NCBI GenBank assembly: GCA_963735805.1
Contig: CAVTMK010000002.1
Coordinates: 768,001-832,000, forward strand
From: an uncultured Verrucomicrobiae bacterium
Lineage (GTDB): Bacteria > Verrucomicrobiota > Verrucomicrobiia > Chthoniobacterales > UBA10450
DNA length: 64,000 nucleotides
Direction: 5' to 3'
In this document: piece after piece, positions 1 to 9,474 of the stretch
Layout of the letters: every line of letters starts with the position of its first letter
How positions within the stretch are numbered: the stretch's first letter is position 1
Made by a program: the position numbers and the translations under genes
The notes under the pieces: generated by a model
The model's input: the letters and a program-made list of their open reading frames with translations, nothing else
The model's database searches: none
Told to the model about the DNA's origin: nothing

Positions 1-2
1 GT

Positions 3-422
3 CTGGCTAGTATTCAGTCATATCGGCGGCAGTTTCTGATGGTCACCCGAGCAACGGTGACTTCGTCTAAGACAGTCGATTTCAGCTTCCGAGGCCCCCT
101 TGGCTTTGAGGCTCACACAGTTCTCCTGTCGGTCGACAGCGATTCGCCGGATCAGTACGCCTTCGAGTCCGTGGGCGGAAATATTTCGCTAATGGGCATC
201 GTTGATTTCGCTGAAATTAGGCCAAATTGCACCGAAGTTACACTGGCGTTTCATTACGATATCAGGAACAAGCTGTTTGCATGGCTCGATCGACGCTTGC
301 ACTTCGTGGATAGTTTTGTGACGGCCGAGCTGCGGAGTATTCGTGCGCACTTCGAAGGCATCGCTGCGAGCTACTTGGAGCACTCGCGCGTAATGCCAGT
401 GTTCCAAACAGCGACTGCCTGA
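3..422 (+). CDS. SRPBCC/START-like fold protein, 5'-partial
   Basis: Frame is open from the window edge. Beta-rich pattern 'GIVDFAEIRPNCTEVTLAFHY' and C-terminal helix resemble SRPBCC proteins. Confidence 0.45.
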   Translation: MASIQSYRRQFLMVTRATVTSSKTVDFSFRGPLGFEAHTVLLSVDSDSPDQYAFESVGGNISLMGIVDFAEIRPNCTEVTLAFHYDIRNKLFAWLDRRLHFVDSFVTAELRSIRAHFEGIAASYLEHSRVMPVFQTATA

Positions 423-487
423 CAACAACGAATATCCGGAGGACCGCGAAGCGGACCCATTCCCGGTGGTTCAGTGTGCCCCAAGAA

Positions 488-1666
488 TCAGCGCACTCGC
501 ACCGCGTGTTTCCTGTCCAGGCGAAGAGTCTGACCCCGCTTAAGGGTTATTGTGGCTTTTGGATCTCGAATTTTCGTTCCGTCGACCTCTACGCTGCCCT
601 GTTTAATTAACCGCGAGAGTTCGCTATGCGATTTTTGTACATTGAATACATCCCGATAAACGTTCGAAATGAGGGCCACGGCGGCTATTCCTTCCGGAAT
701 CGCCGAAAATTCAGGGAGATCGGCATGTTCCAGGTCGCGCTTGCTAAAGCGAGTATTCCATTCGTCGAGCGTTTTTTGGGCGGCAGCTGGCGAGTGATAC
801 GTTTGCACGATTTCGAACGCGAGCTGTTTCTTGGCTTCGAGTGGATGCAAGTCAGCCGGTGGAATGCGCGCGAGCAGCAATTCATAATAGCGCGCCATCA
901 AATCGTCTGAGATGCTCATCAGTTTCCCGAACATGTCAGAAGGGGGTTCGTTGATTCCGACAAAGTTGCCGAGACTCTTGCTCATTTTCCTGGATCCATC
1001 TAACCCCTCGAGAATAGGAAGCAGAAAAACGACCTGCTGCGGGAGACCTTCCTCTTTCTGGAAATCGCGACCGATCAGAATATTGAAAAGCTGGTCCGTT
1101 CCTCCGAGCTCAACGTCCGCTTTTACCATTACCGAATCCCAGCCCTGCATGATAGGGTATTGAATTTCGTGGGCACGGATCGATTGCTCCTTGTCGATCC
1201 GGGTCTTGAAATCTTCGCGCTGCAACATTTGCTGCAACGTTACCCGACTGTTGAGGCGAATAACGTCTTCAAAGGACATGGCTCGAAACCAGTCACCGTT
1301 GTAAACGGTTTCTGTGAGCGCCGGATCGAGAATCTTCAACGCTTGCTCACGGTAAGTCGCCGCATTCGCCTGCACTTCACCAGGCGTCAGTTGCGGTCTT
1401 GTTACAGAGCGACCACTCGGATCACCGATCAGTCCTGTAAAGTCGCCGATGATGAGGATTGCCTTGTGGCCCAGATCTTGAAACTGCCGCAGTTTTCGCA
1501 AAACAACCGCGTGGCCAAGGTGAATGTCGGGGGTGGTTGGATCGACGCCTAATTTCACGCGCAGCGGTCGGCCCAGCGCTAGTTTTTCACCCAATTCCTC
1601 TTCGTTAATGATCTGCGCCGCACCCTTGCTTAACAACGCCAGAGCTTCAGCCGGTTGCATGATCAA
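488..1666 (-). CDS. tyrS: tyrosine--tRNA ligase
   Basis: 'GVDPTTPDIHLGH' (HIGH), 'KMSKS', 'GGTDQ' and C-terminal S4 domain. Confidence 0.97.
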   Translation of the reverse strand: MIMQPAEALALLSKGAAQIINEEELGEKLALGRPLRVKLGVDPTTPDIHLGHAVVLRKLRQFQDLGHKAILIIGDFTGLIGDPSGRSVTRPQLTPGEVQANAATYREQALKILDPALTETVYNGDWFRAMSFEDVIRLNSRVTLQQMLQREDFKTRIDKEQSIRAHEIQYPIMQGWDSVMVKADVELGGTDQLFNILIGRDFQKEEGLPQQVVFLLPILEGLDGSRKMSKSLGNFVGINEPPSDMFGKLMSISDDLMARYYELLLARIPPADLHPLEAKKQLAFEIVQTYHSPAAAQKTLDEWNTRFSKRDLEHADLPEFSAIPEGIAAVALISNVYRDVFNVQKSHSELSRLIKQGSVEVDGTKIRDPKATITLKRGQTLRLDRKHAVRVR

Positions 1667-1694
1667 TCACAGAATAGCGCAGCTGGCCTGCGTG

Positions 1695-2210
1695 CTACTT
1701 GTTTTTGTTCAACAACTCGCGCACCTGGTCGATCGTTAGCGGCGCGTTTTGCCGGTTGAGTGACTTTTGGCTTTTACCCTGCTCCAGAAAGGGTCGGTTC
1801 TCAGCGTAGGCTCGGTTAGAGACTTTTTTTTCGGATTGAGGCGCATTGCGGGAATCCCGTGCCGTTTGAGTTGGATAAGGATGTTGAGAATTTCCCATTG
1901 TTCGCCGCGATGAATTCTCGAAGGCGCCGCGACTCCCGCGGAAAGATCGGGAATTGAAGTGCCTGGTGGAAAATTCACGTGTTCCCGAAAATCCTTTCGA
2001 ATTGGATTTTTTCTCGACGTAAAATGTACCGACACTTGCCTGTTTGTTTATCGATGTACCACTGGCTGTGAATTTCTTCCTCTGGTCGCTGTTCTGCAGA
2101 GACATATCTGGCCTAAGCAAGCGATCCACCAACTTCCGCTCTTGGTCCTGAGCGCGCAGGCAAGAAGAAGCCGCCAGAAACAATGCCGAGAATGCCAACA
2201 GTTTTCGCAC
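1695..2210 (-). CDS. hypothetical secreted protein
   Basis: GTG at 2210 begins a signal-peptide-like 'RKLLAFSALFLAASSCLRAQ'. Same strand and directly upstream of tyrS. Confidence 0.6.
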   Translation of the reverse strand: MRKLLAFSALFLAASSCLRAQDQERKLVDRLLRPDMSLQNSDQRKKFTASGTSINKQASVGTFYVEKKSNSKGFSGTREFSTRHFNSRSFRGSRGAFENSSRRTMGNSQHPYPTQTARDSRNAPQSEKKVSNRAYAENRPFLEQGKSQKSLNRQNAPLTIDQVRELLNKNK

Positions 2211-2367
2211 CTGGCGAGGCTGCCGAAATGGGGGTGCGCTTGTAAAGCAAATTTGATGAACGTGATAGGACAGGCTCATTGCGGCCGGGCAGCACGACCG
2301 CCCTGTGCCTCAATTAAGGCTGGGCTTTTTGTTGTGTCCTGTTGTATCGCTGGGGAATAATGAGTGC

Positions 2368-2574
2368 ATGGCAGAACATACTTATAAAAAAATTGAGTTA
2401 GTTGGATCCTCCCCCAAAGGATTTGAGGAAGCGATCCGTAACGCGCTGGAGCGCGCCAGGAAGACAGTCCGAAATATGCGCTGGTTTGAGGTGATCGAAA
2501 CGCGAGGATATATCGAGGACGGCGAAGTCGCTCATTGGCAAGTGACGCTCAAAGTTGGGTTCACACTCGAGTAA
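2368..2574 (+). CDS. dodecin (flavin-binding)
   Basis: '[12 protein letters not shown]...[20 protein letters not shown]...[12 protein letters not shown]' is the typical dodecin sequence. Confidence 0.93.
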   Translation: MAEHTYKKIELVGSSPKGFEEAIRNALERARKTVRNMRWFEVIETRGYIEDGEVAHWQVTLKVGFTLE

Positions 2575-2638
2575 CGAACGACGTTTGTGCAAACGCTCGA
2601 GTTTGAAGAGGACTTCCCCGGCGAGCCCGCTTACAACG

Positions 2639-2920
2639 TTATTCTTCTTCCTGCGCCGCCTGATACAGCTTGGTGGCGCCATAGACCAGGATCGCCGGCC
2701 TTAATGCCGCGATCAGCAAGCGAAAGAGGCCGGCTACGATTCGGACCAGCGGCAAGCGGTTCAAGACGTATCCAGCCACAAACGCACACAGAAGCGACTG
2801 TGCCGGTTTTTCGCGAATGTAATCTTCGGTTTCGCTGAGAGCGGTCTCGATTTGTTCTTTCACCCAATGTACTCCGCGTTCCGGGTATTCGGCAGCAACT
2901 TCAGCAGATAAGCGTTCCAT
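2639..2920 (-). CDS. small membrane protein, ElaB/YqjD (DUF883)-like
   Basis: 'TEDYIREKPAQSLLCAFVAGYVL' resembles the DUF883 C-terminal motif. Confidence 0.55.
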   Translation of the reverse strand: MERLSAEVAAEYPERGVHWVKEQIETALSETEDYIREKPAQSLLCAFVAGYVLNRLPLVRIVAGLFRLLIAALRPAILVYGATKLYQAAQEEE

Positions 2921-2968
2921 TTCGTTTTATGATTCGGATTCTGATCCTGCCTTGGGCGCATCGAACTG

Positions 2969-3886
2969 TCAACGCAAGGTCAGCCAGACCGAGCTTGCGC
3001 CTGTCCCCGGCGGGAAATCAGGCAACGAGCGAGGCCGCTCAAATCTGCCGGCGCGTCGGGTCGCCTTCAATCCGTAGCGAGCCATGACTTCCAGCGCATG
3101 CTCGCGCAAGGTAGAGCAGTTGGTCGAGAGCAGAATACGGCCGTCTCGTTCTGTCAGTTCCAGAGCATCGATGAGCAACTTTTCGAAATCGTTATCAACG
3201 TGGAAGGTTTTTCCGCCGGGGGAACGCGAGAAAGTTGGCGGATCAAGAATGATGACATCGAATTTTTCGCCTTGCCGGGCGAGCCGCGGTAGGACGGCCG
3301 TTACGTCGTCGGCGATAAAGCGATGACCCATGGTGGGCAAGCTGTTCAATGCAAAATTCTCACGTCCGCGTGCCAGCGATTTTTTGGAAAGGTCGATACT
3401 GAGAGTTGTTGCTCCGACGTAGGCCGCGCTGACGGAAAAGGAGCAGGTGTAGGCAAAGCAGTTCAACACCCGCTTGGGCGTAATGTGACGGACATAACTG
3501 CGATTTTCCCTCTGATCGGGAAATAATCCAACCGAGAAGCCCGTGCTGAAATCGATACTAAATTTCAAATTTCGTTCGGTGGCAATCGTCTGTAGGTTTT
3601 CAGCTGGGTTCCCACATATAAGTCGAGGAGGTTCACGTTGTTCGCTTTTGCGAGGAACGAATCGGACGAAAATGCGTCCATATTGGAAGAGGATACCGTT
3701 TGCCCACTCCTTCAATTCTTGAATAAGGCGTTCGCGAACGAGGACGCTCTTAAACGAGATGAGGATATCGAGTCCGAAACGTTCCACCCAGCCATCCTCC
3801 ATTGTGCAGAGCCGGTGTGCGTCCGTTCCCTCGGCCTGGAAATCGCGAAACAAGCTTGAATCAATCCAGCCAGGACTCATTTTCAC
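2969..3886 (-). CDS. class I SAM-dependent methyltransferase (RlmI/RlmK-like)
   Basis: 'GLFPDQRENR', 'VLNCFAYTCSFSV' and 'FDVIILDPPTF' motifs. Confidence 0.85.
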   Translation of the reverse strand: MKMSPGWIDSSLFRDFQAEGTDAHRLCTMEDGWVERFGLDILISFKSVLVRERLIQELKEWANGILFQYGRIFVRFVPRKSEQREPPRLICGNPAENLQTIATERNLKFSIDFSTGFSVGLFPDQRENRSYVRHITPKRVLNCFAYTCSFSVSAAYVGATTLSIDLSKKSLARGRENFALNSLPTMGHRFIADDVTAVLPRLARQGEKFDVIILDPPTFSRSPGGKTFHVDNDFEKLLIDALELTERDGRILLSTNCSTLREHALEVMARYGLKATRRAGRFERPRSLPDFPPGTGASSVWLTLR

Positions 3887-3975
3887 TAGCCGTATTCAGG
3901 GGCATACTTTCGATTCGGGGGGCGTTAATGGATCGGTTGCCGACGAAGCCGGCGGTCGCTAGAATCCATCTCCGA

Positions 3976-4833
3976 ATGCAGCAAGTTACCGTTCGCGTTC
4001 CGGCGAGCACCTCGAATCTCGGTCCTGGCTTCGACTGCCTTGGTGTCGCGCTTCGCATTTATAATCGCGTCACAGTTACCAGCGGTCGATCACCAGAACA
4101 ACCTCATCCGAAAATTGTCTCCCAGGCAGCCGGCCGATTTTTCAAACAGTCGCGTAGCCGCATATTTCCGTTTTCCTTTTCAATAGTGGAAGAAATTCCG
4201 CGGTCGCGCGGCCTAGGTGGCAGCGCAACGATTCGCCTCGGTATTTTGCATTCGCTGAACCGCCTTAGCGGAGACCCGCTCGACCAACTAAGGTTGTTCC
4301 AATTATGCGTTGACTTGGAAGGTCACCCCGATAACGCCGCACCGGCGACGTTCGGCGGTTTCACCGTCGTGGCAGGGTCGAGGCAGCGCGGCGTTTCTCC
4401 CTTTCAGCGCTTTGAAGTCTCACCGCAGTTGCGTTTCGTTTTACTGGTTCCGGAGCTCGAGATTCGCACTTCGAAGGCACGAAAACTCCTGCCCTCCAGA
4501 ATTTTGCGTGTTGCAGCCGTTGAGAATTCCGGAAACGCGTGCGCAATCACTGCAGCGTTCGCTTCAAAAAACTACAACAAACTACGCGGCGCAGTCGTCG
4601 ATTTCATTCATCAACCGTTTCGCGCGAAACTGATAAAATTTCTTCCCAGAGTCATTGCCGCCGCGGAAAAAGCAGGTGCGCTTGGCGCCTTCCTTAGTGG
4701 CAGCGGTTCGACAATCTGCGCCGTCACATTACAAGATCCAAGTCGTGTTGCTGTCGCGATGAAGCGCGCCGCTCGATCGTCGTCGCGTATAATCGTCACA
4801 CGAGCCGATAATCGAGGCGTGCATGTTATTTGA
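3976..4833 (+). CDS. thrB: homoserine kinase
   Basis: 'VPASTSNLGPGFDCLG', GHMP 'PRSRGLGGSA', 'EGHPDN' and 'LSGSGST'. Confidence 0.93.
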   Translation: MQQVTVRVPASTSNLGPGFDCLGVALRIYNRVTVTSGRSPEQPHPKIVSQAAGRFFKQSRSRIFPFSFSIVEEIPRSRGLGGSATIRLGILHSLNRLSGDPLDQLRLFQLCVDLEGHPDNAAPATFGGFTVVAGSRQRGVSPFQRFEVSPQLRFVLLVPELEIRTSKARKLLPSRILRVAAVENSGNACAITAAFASKNYNKLRGAVVDFIHQPFRAKLIKFLPRVIAAAEKAGALGAFLSGSGSTICAVTLQDPSRVAVAMKRAARSSSRIIVTRADNRGVHVI

Positions 4834-4851
4834 TTACTGATCACCATCAAA

Positions 4852-6042
4852 ATGGGCCGGCGGCTTGAAAACCTGGAACAGTTTGGAATCGACGTTGTGC
4901 TGGAACGTCGACATGGCGTTCGAGCGTCGATTTTGCGGGGAATCCTTTATGCGCTTTCCTTTGCGTACGATCGGCTCGTGCAACTCCGGCTTTATTTTTA
5001 CCGGAAAAGAATCTTTCGCGAGCGAGCACTTGGGATTCTCGTGATCAGCGTTGGGAATCTGACTGTCGGCGGCACGGGTAAAACGCCGATTGTGGAAAAG
5101 ATTGCTCGTGCGCTGCAAACAGGCGGACGTCGCGTGGCCATTCTGAGTCGAGGATACAAAAGCATGCCGCGCAAACGAAGCTTGCTAAGTCGGCTGTACA
5201 AAAGGGAGGCCGATCCTCCGCGTGTTGTCTCCGATGGAACATCGCTCCTGCTCGATTCGCGTACAGCCGGGGATGAGCCGTACATGCTGGCGCACAATTT
5301 GAAGAACGTTATCGTCCTCGTCGACAAGGACCGCGTCAAAAGCGGTCTCCTGGCCATCGACAAATGGAAAGTCGATACGCTTCTGCTGGACGACGGCTTG
5401 CAGTATCTCCATCTGAAACATCGGTTGGACATCGTCCTTGTGGATCGGCAGGCTCCGTTTGGTAATGAATTCCTTCTTCCTCGAGGCACCTTGCGCGAGG
5501 CTCCGCGAAATTTGCGACGTGCCAGCTACATCGTCATCACGAAAAATACCGGCGAACCGAACGATGCCCTGGTAAGGCGCATTCGCCGCTACAATCGCGC
5601 CGCCGAGATCATTGAATGCGCGCATAAACCACTCTATTTGCAGAATGTGTTCACCGGAGAAAAGATACCGTTGGATCGTTTGCGTGACGTTTTTATCGGC
5701 TCCATCAGCGCGATTGCTGCGCCGGAAAGCTTCGAAGCTGCATTGGAAAAGCTCGGTGCGCGCGTCGATCTGGCCAAGCGCTATATCGATCATCACTACT
5801 ATTCCGAGGCGGAGCTGATCAGCTTCATCAAACGTTGTATCCGGCGTGATTTGGAGATGATTGTGACAACTGAAAAAGATTCGGTGCGCATGCCGCGGTT
5901 ACCGGAGGGCAAAATGAAAGTGCCCATTTATTTTTTGCGGGTGGAAATCGAGATCCTCAGCGGCCACGAAAGTTGGGATCATTGCGTGTCGCGCATTTGC
6001 AAACCACAGCCTGTACTGCCGCCCGAGCGCTTCTTCGCCTGA
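4852..6042 (+). CDS. lpxK: tetraacyldisaccharide 4'-kinase
   Basis: 'VISVGNLTVGGTGKTP', 'LSRGY', 'GDEP', 'LLDDGLQY' and 'TTEKD'. Confidence 0.95.
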   Translation: MGRRLENLEQFGIDVVLERRHGVRASILRGILYALSFAYDRLVQLRLYFYRKRIFRERALGILVISVGNLTVGGTGKTPIVEKIARALQTGGRRVAILSRGYKSMPRKRSLLSRLYKREADPPRVVSDGTSLLLDSRTAGDEPYMLAHNLKNVIVLVDKDRVKSGLLAIDKWKVDTLLLDDGLQYLHLKHRLDIVLVDRQAPFGNEFLLPRGTLREAPRNLRRASYIVITKNTGEPNDALVRRIRRYNRAAEIIECAHKPLYLQNVFTGEKIPLDRLRDVFIGSISAIAAPESFEAALEKLGARVDLAKRYIDHHYYSEAELISFIKRCIRRDLEMIVTTEKDSVRMPRLPEGKMKVPIYFLRVEIEILSGHESWDHCVSRICKPQPVLPPERFFA

Positions 6043-6049
6043 GAGTTTC

Positions 6050-6154
6050 TCATTCTGAGCGAAGTCGAGGAATGGAGCGACTAGGACGAGCGACATAGAT
6101 GGTTGCGCCGCGAGGGTAGCGACGAGAGAGTCGGGAGACGAACGAGTCAATCTC
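6050..6154. repeat. degenerate TGTCAT-type miniature repeat element
   Basis: TCATTCTGAGCGAAGTCGAGGAAT...AATCTC resembles the reverse complement of 17125-17152 (TGTCATCCCGAACGAAGTGAGAAGCCTC). Confidence 0.5.
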
Positions 6155-6162
6155 TTGATGTA

Positions 6163-7071
6163 ATGCCTCAAAAAGCCGAGCTAATCGTCGAAGGTCGCAA
6201 GATTCAGGTATCGAATCTCGACAAGGTGCTCTATTCGAAAGTCGGGTTCACGAAAGGGCAGGTGATCGATTACTTCATCCGCATCGCGCCAGTTCTCTTG
6301 CCGCATCTGAGGGATCGTCCCCTCACGATGAAGCGCTACCCCAACGGGGTTGATGGCGAATTCTTTTACGAAAAGAACTGTCCGTCGCATCGGCCCAAGT
6401 GGGTTCAGACGGCCAAGGTATGGAGCGAAGGCAATCAGCGGACTATGCAATATTGCCTGGCTAACGATCTGCCAACGCTGGTATGGGCTGCTAATCTCGC
6501 GGACCTGGAGCTGCACACGTCTCTCTCGCGCAAGAACAATATCGTTCGCCCAACCATGATGGTATTCGATCTCGATCCCGGTGCGCCAGCCGATATCGTG
6601 CAATGCTGCCAGGTCGGACTGTGGCTTCGCGATTTGTTAGGCAAAATGAAACTAAAATCGTTCGCCAAAACCAGCGGCTCGAAAGGGCTGCAGGTTTACG
6701 TGCCCCTGAATACACCGGTGACTTATGACCAGACCAAGGATTTGTCGCGCTCTCTCGCGCAGTATCTGGAACATGAGCATGGCAATCTCGTTACGTCGAA
6801 CATGTCGAAAGCGGTACGCAAAAGCAAAGTGTTCGTCGATTGGAGCCAGAATGACGAGCACAAGACGACTATTTGCGTTTATTCACTCCGCGCCAGAGAA
6901 GAACCCACCGTCTCCACCCCAGTAACCTGGGACGAGGTTGAAAAGTGCCTTAAAAAGAAAAAACTCGATCTTTTAAAGTTCCGTTCTGACGAAGTCCTAG
7001 CTCGCGTGGAAAAGCTCGGCGATCTCTTCGAGCCAGTTGAAAAACTCAAACAAAAACTGCCGAAGAAATAG
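6163..7071 (+). CDS. ligD: LigD polymerase (primase-polymerase) domain protein, stand-alone
   Basis: 'SNLDKVLY', 'TKGQVIDY', 'RYPNG', 'FDLDPG', 'KTSGSKGLQVYVPL', 'VFVDWSQN' and 'YSLRA'. Confidence 0.9.
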   Translation: MPQKAELIVEGRKIQVSNLDKVLYSKVGFTKGQVIDYFIRIAPVLLPHLRDRPLTMKRYPNGVDGEFFYEKNCPSHRPKWVQTAKVWSEGNQRTMQYCLANDLPTLVWAANLADLELHTSLSRKNNIVRPTMMVFDLDPGAPADIVQCCQVGLWLRDLLGKMKLKSFAKTSGSKGLQVYVPLNTPVTYDQTKDLSRSLAQYLEHEHGNLVTSNMSKAVRKSKVFVDWSQNDEHKTTICVYSLRAREEPTVSTPVTWDEVEKCLKKKKLDLLKFRSDEVLARVEKLGDLFEPVEKLKQKLPKK

Positions 7072-7110
7072 AAGCCTTAGAAGGAATTCATGGGAAACCA
7101 GCTATAGAGC

Positions 7111-7365
7111 GTGAACAATCATGTATGGTTTGATGCGATTGGGTGGGCGGGAGCGACACTTCTGCTGGTAGCTTACGCGATGGTCTCCACTAAGAAATTG
7201 GAAGGAAACTCAACAGTTTACCAACTCTTCAACATCATTGGTAGCCTTCTCCTTGCGGCAAACACTATATTTTACCGTGCTTATCCTTCGTCTTTTGTGA
7301 ATTTGATCTGGATCGGAATAGCCGTTTTTTCAATTGCAACTAGTAGACGCCTCTCTTCCGGCTAG
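7111..7365 (+). CDS. small membrane protein (CBU_0592-like)
   Basis: Three hydrophobic helices with 'IGWAGATLLLVAY' and 'YQLFNIIGS'. Confidence 0.7.
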   Translation: MNNHVWFDAIGWAGATLLLVAYAMVSTKKLEGNSTVYQLFNIIGSLLLAANTIFYRAYPSSFVNLIWIGIAVFSIATSRRLSSG

Positions 7366-7383
7366 CTTTAGAAAATCCTCCAA

Positions 7384-7884
7384 ATGCGGAAGGTAAATCT
7401 GAAAGATATTCCGGAACAGGAACGAAAATCGCCGAAGGGAAAGTTTGGGCGATTTTCGAAAAATATTTCCGTTGCGCTTGGGCGCGAGGCGGAGTCGCTT
7501 GATTTATTGAAACGGCATCCGTTTGACCTCGCGCTGGTCCGAATCCCGAAAGGCAAATTCCTTTGTCCCTATCATGCGCACGCGGCTGAATCAGAACTCT
7601 ACCTTGTCGTCTCCGGCCGTGGCAGCGTGCGTGATAAGGATGGAACGACGGAAGTCGGACCGGGAGATGCATTTTTCTTTCAACCGGGTGAAGCGCATCA
7701 GCTCTGGAATGCGGGCGATGGGGACTTTGTTTATTATGTGATCGCCGATAACCCGCGTAGCGGCGGCGTGACGGGCGATTCTTGTTATTATCCCGACAGC
7801 AAAAAATGGGCGGTAACGAGAGATGGCCGGGATGAAATCGTTGTGAAAGGGACAGAGACTGATTATTTCGATGGCGAAGAATGA
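7384..7884 (+). CDS. cupin domain protein
   Basis: 'PYHAHAAESELYLVVSGRG', 'GEAHQL' and 'YYPDSKK'. Confidence 0.85.
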   Translation: MRKVNLKDIPEQERKSPKGKFGRFSKNISVALGREAESLDLLKRHPFDLALVRIPKGKFLCPYHAHAAESELYLVVSGRGSVRDKDGTTEVGPGDAFFFQPGEAHQLWNAGDGDFVYYVIADNPRSGGVTGDSCYYPDSKKWAVTRDGRDEIVVKGTETDYFDGEE

Positions 7885-7893
7885 ACCGAATGT

Positions 7894-7952
7894 TGTAGGG
7901 CGTCCGTGTCAGACGCTGGTTCGTGGATCGGCGGTGATAAGCCCCCGCTACA
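7894..7952. repeat. GTAG-type REP-like doublet
   Basis: TGTAGGGCGTCCGTGTCAGACGC ... GGCGGTGATAAGCCCCCGCTACA, with inverted TGTAG/CTACA ends. Confidence 0.6.
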
Positions 7953-7962
7953 GTCTTTCTGC

Positions 7963-8451
7963 ATGCGCAAAGCAAATCTAAACGAAATCAAGGAAGAACC
8001 GTGGGAATCGCCGGGCGGAAAATACGCGGTGTCGTTCAAGGGAATTTCGGAAGCCCTGGGGCGCGAAGGAAGCTCGCTCGATTTGGCGAAGCGTCATCCA
8101 TTTGATCTGGAATGGAATCGTGTGCCTCCCGGCAAGGCAAATTTTCCTTACCACGCACATTCGGTCCAGTGGGAACTTTACTTGGTCATCTCTGGAAAGG
8201 GGAGTGTTCGTCACGGGAATGGCACGACTGAGGTTGGGCCGGGGGATGCGTTTATTTTCAGCCCCGACGAACCCCATCAACTTTGCAACCCCGGTCCGGA
8301 AGATTTCGTGTATTACGTGATCGCGGATAATCCAATTGGTGAATCTTGCTATTACCCCGATAGCGGGAAATGGAAGGTGAACAAGTCATCGTCCGCTGAT
8401 CGAGTGGTTGTGAAAGGGAAAGAGACCAATTATTTCGACGACGAGGAGTAA
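7963..8451 (+). CDS. cupin domain protein (tandem paralog of 7384-7884)
   Basis: 'PYHAHSVQWELYLVISGKG' and 'DEPHQL'. Colinear similarity to the upstream gene. Confidence 0.85.
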   Translation: MRKANLNEIKEEPWESPGGKYAVSFKGISEALGREGSSLDLAKRHPFDLEWNRVPPGKANFPYHAHSVQWELYLVISGKGSVRHGNGTTEVGPGDAFIFSPDEPHQLCNPGPEDFVYYVIADNPIGESCYYPDSGKWKVNKSSSADRVVVKGKETNYFDDEE

Positions 8452-8558
8452 ATAGCTGGAGTGATAACTACGTCTGGCTGCGCTCTCGCGAATGTGGCAG
8501 TTCGCTCCTGTTATAGTTATCTTGCAACTCGCGCACCCTATGTGTTTAAGGTCAGACC

Positions 8559-8945
8559 ATGGATTCCGACAAATCACCGAAAGTTTTTCCGTACAAGACC
8601 TACCTTAACATTCTGTACAGCCCGCTTGAGCTTATCGAAGTACAGAAATTGGCCGATGCCTGCACAGACAAGTGGTACAATCAGACGCTTTGCCAAGTAA
8701 ACGATTCTGTCGTTAGGCTCGCAGTAATTCAGGGCGAATATCACTGGCACGAACACAAAGACATCGATGAATTCTTTTTTGTTCTCGATGGACATTTCCT
8801 CATCGATCTTGAAGATCGCGCAATCAACCTCGCGCCGGGGCAGGGCTTCGTTGTGCCGAAAGGTGTGCGCCATCGCACACGCGCGCCTGAACGAACCGTG
8901 ATTCTAATGGTTGAGCGCGCGGATATTGTTCCGACTGGCGACTGA
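8559..8945 (+). CDS. cupin domain protein
   Basis: 'GEYHWHEHKDIDEFFFVLDG' and 'VVPKGVRHRTRA'. Confidence 0.85.
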   Translation: MDSDKSPKVFPYKTYLNILYSPLELIEVQKLADACTDKWYNQTLCQVNDSVVRLAVIQGEYHWHEHKDIDEFFFVLDGHFLIDLEDRAINLAPGQGFVVPKGVRHRTRAPERTVILMVERADIVPTGD

Positions 8946-8960
8946 GCTGGCCCAAGACGG

Positions 8961-9419
8961 GTGAAAATCGTCTCTGGCGGACAGACAGGCGTGGATCGCG
9001 CAGCACTCGATGTCGCGCTAAGGCACGGAATTGAATCCGGCGGTTGGTGTCCAGCCGGTCGTCTCGATGAATTCGGTCGAATTCCGGATTGTTATCCGCT
9101 TAAGGAGTTGGAAAACGGTGGTTTTGCCGAGCGGACGTTGCAAAACGTCAAAGATTCCGATGGCACCCTCATCATTTACCCTCGCAAGCTAGCTGGCGGG
9201 ACCGCGCAAACATATCGCCTCTGCGTTGAACAACACCGATTGCGCTGCCTGATTGATGCCTCCCAGGTTTTCACTGAAAAGGCTGCGCAATTGATCGCCG
9301 ATTTTGTCCGCAACAACAGGATCGAGATTCTTAACGTGGCAGGCCCGCGTCAAAGCGAATGGCCAGAAGGATACGCATACGCGTACCGCACGCTGGATTA
9401 TTTTCTCGACGCCTTGTAG
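8961..9419 (+). CDS. putative molybdenum carrier protein (SLOG superfamily)
   Basis: 'KIVSGGQTGVDRAALD', 'GGWCP', 'RTLQNVKDSDGTL' and 'LNVAGPR'. Confidence 0.85.
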   Translation: MKIVSGGQTGVDRAALDVALRHGIESGGWCPAGRLDEFGRIPDCYPLKELENGGFAERTLQNVKDSDGTLIIYPRKLAGGTAQTYRLCVEQHRLRCLIDASQVFTEKAAQLIADFVRNNRIEILNVAGPRQSEWPEGYAYAYRTLDYFLDAL

Positions 9420-9472
9420 CCGCCGTCCTTTGGGCGGTTAGGGATAGGGCGGCTCACAGAGCCGTGGCCACA
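9415..9472. repeat. GTAG-type REP-like doublet
   Basis: TGTAGCCGCCGTCCTTTGGGCGG ... CGGCTCACAGAGCCGTGGCCACA between convergent genes. Confidence 0.55.
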
Positions 9473-9474
9473 GA

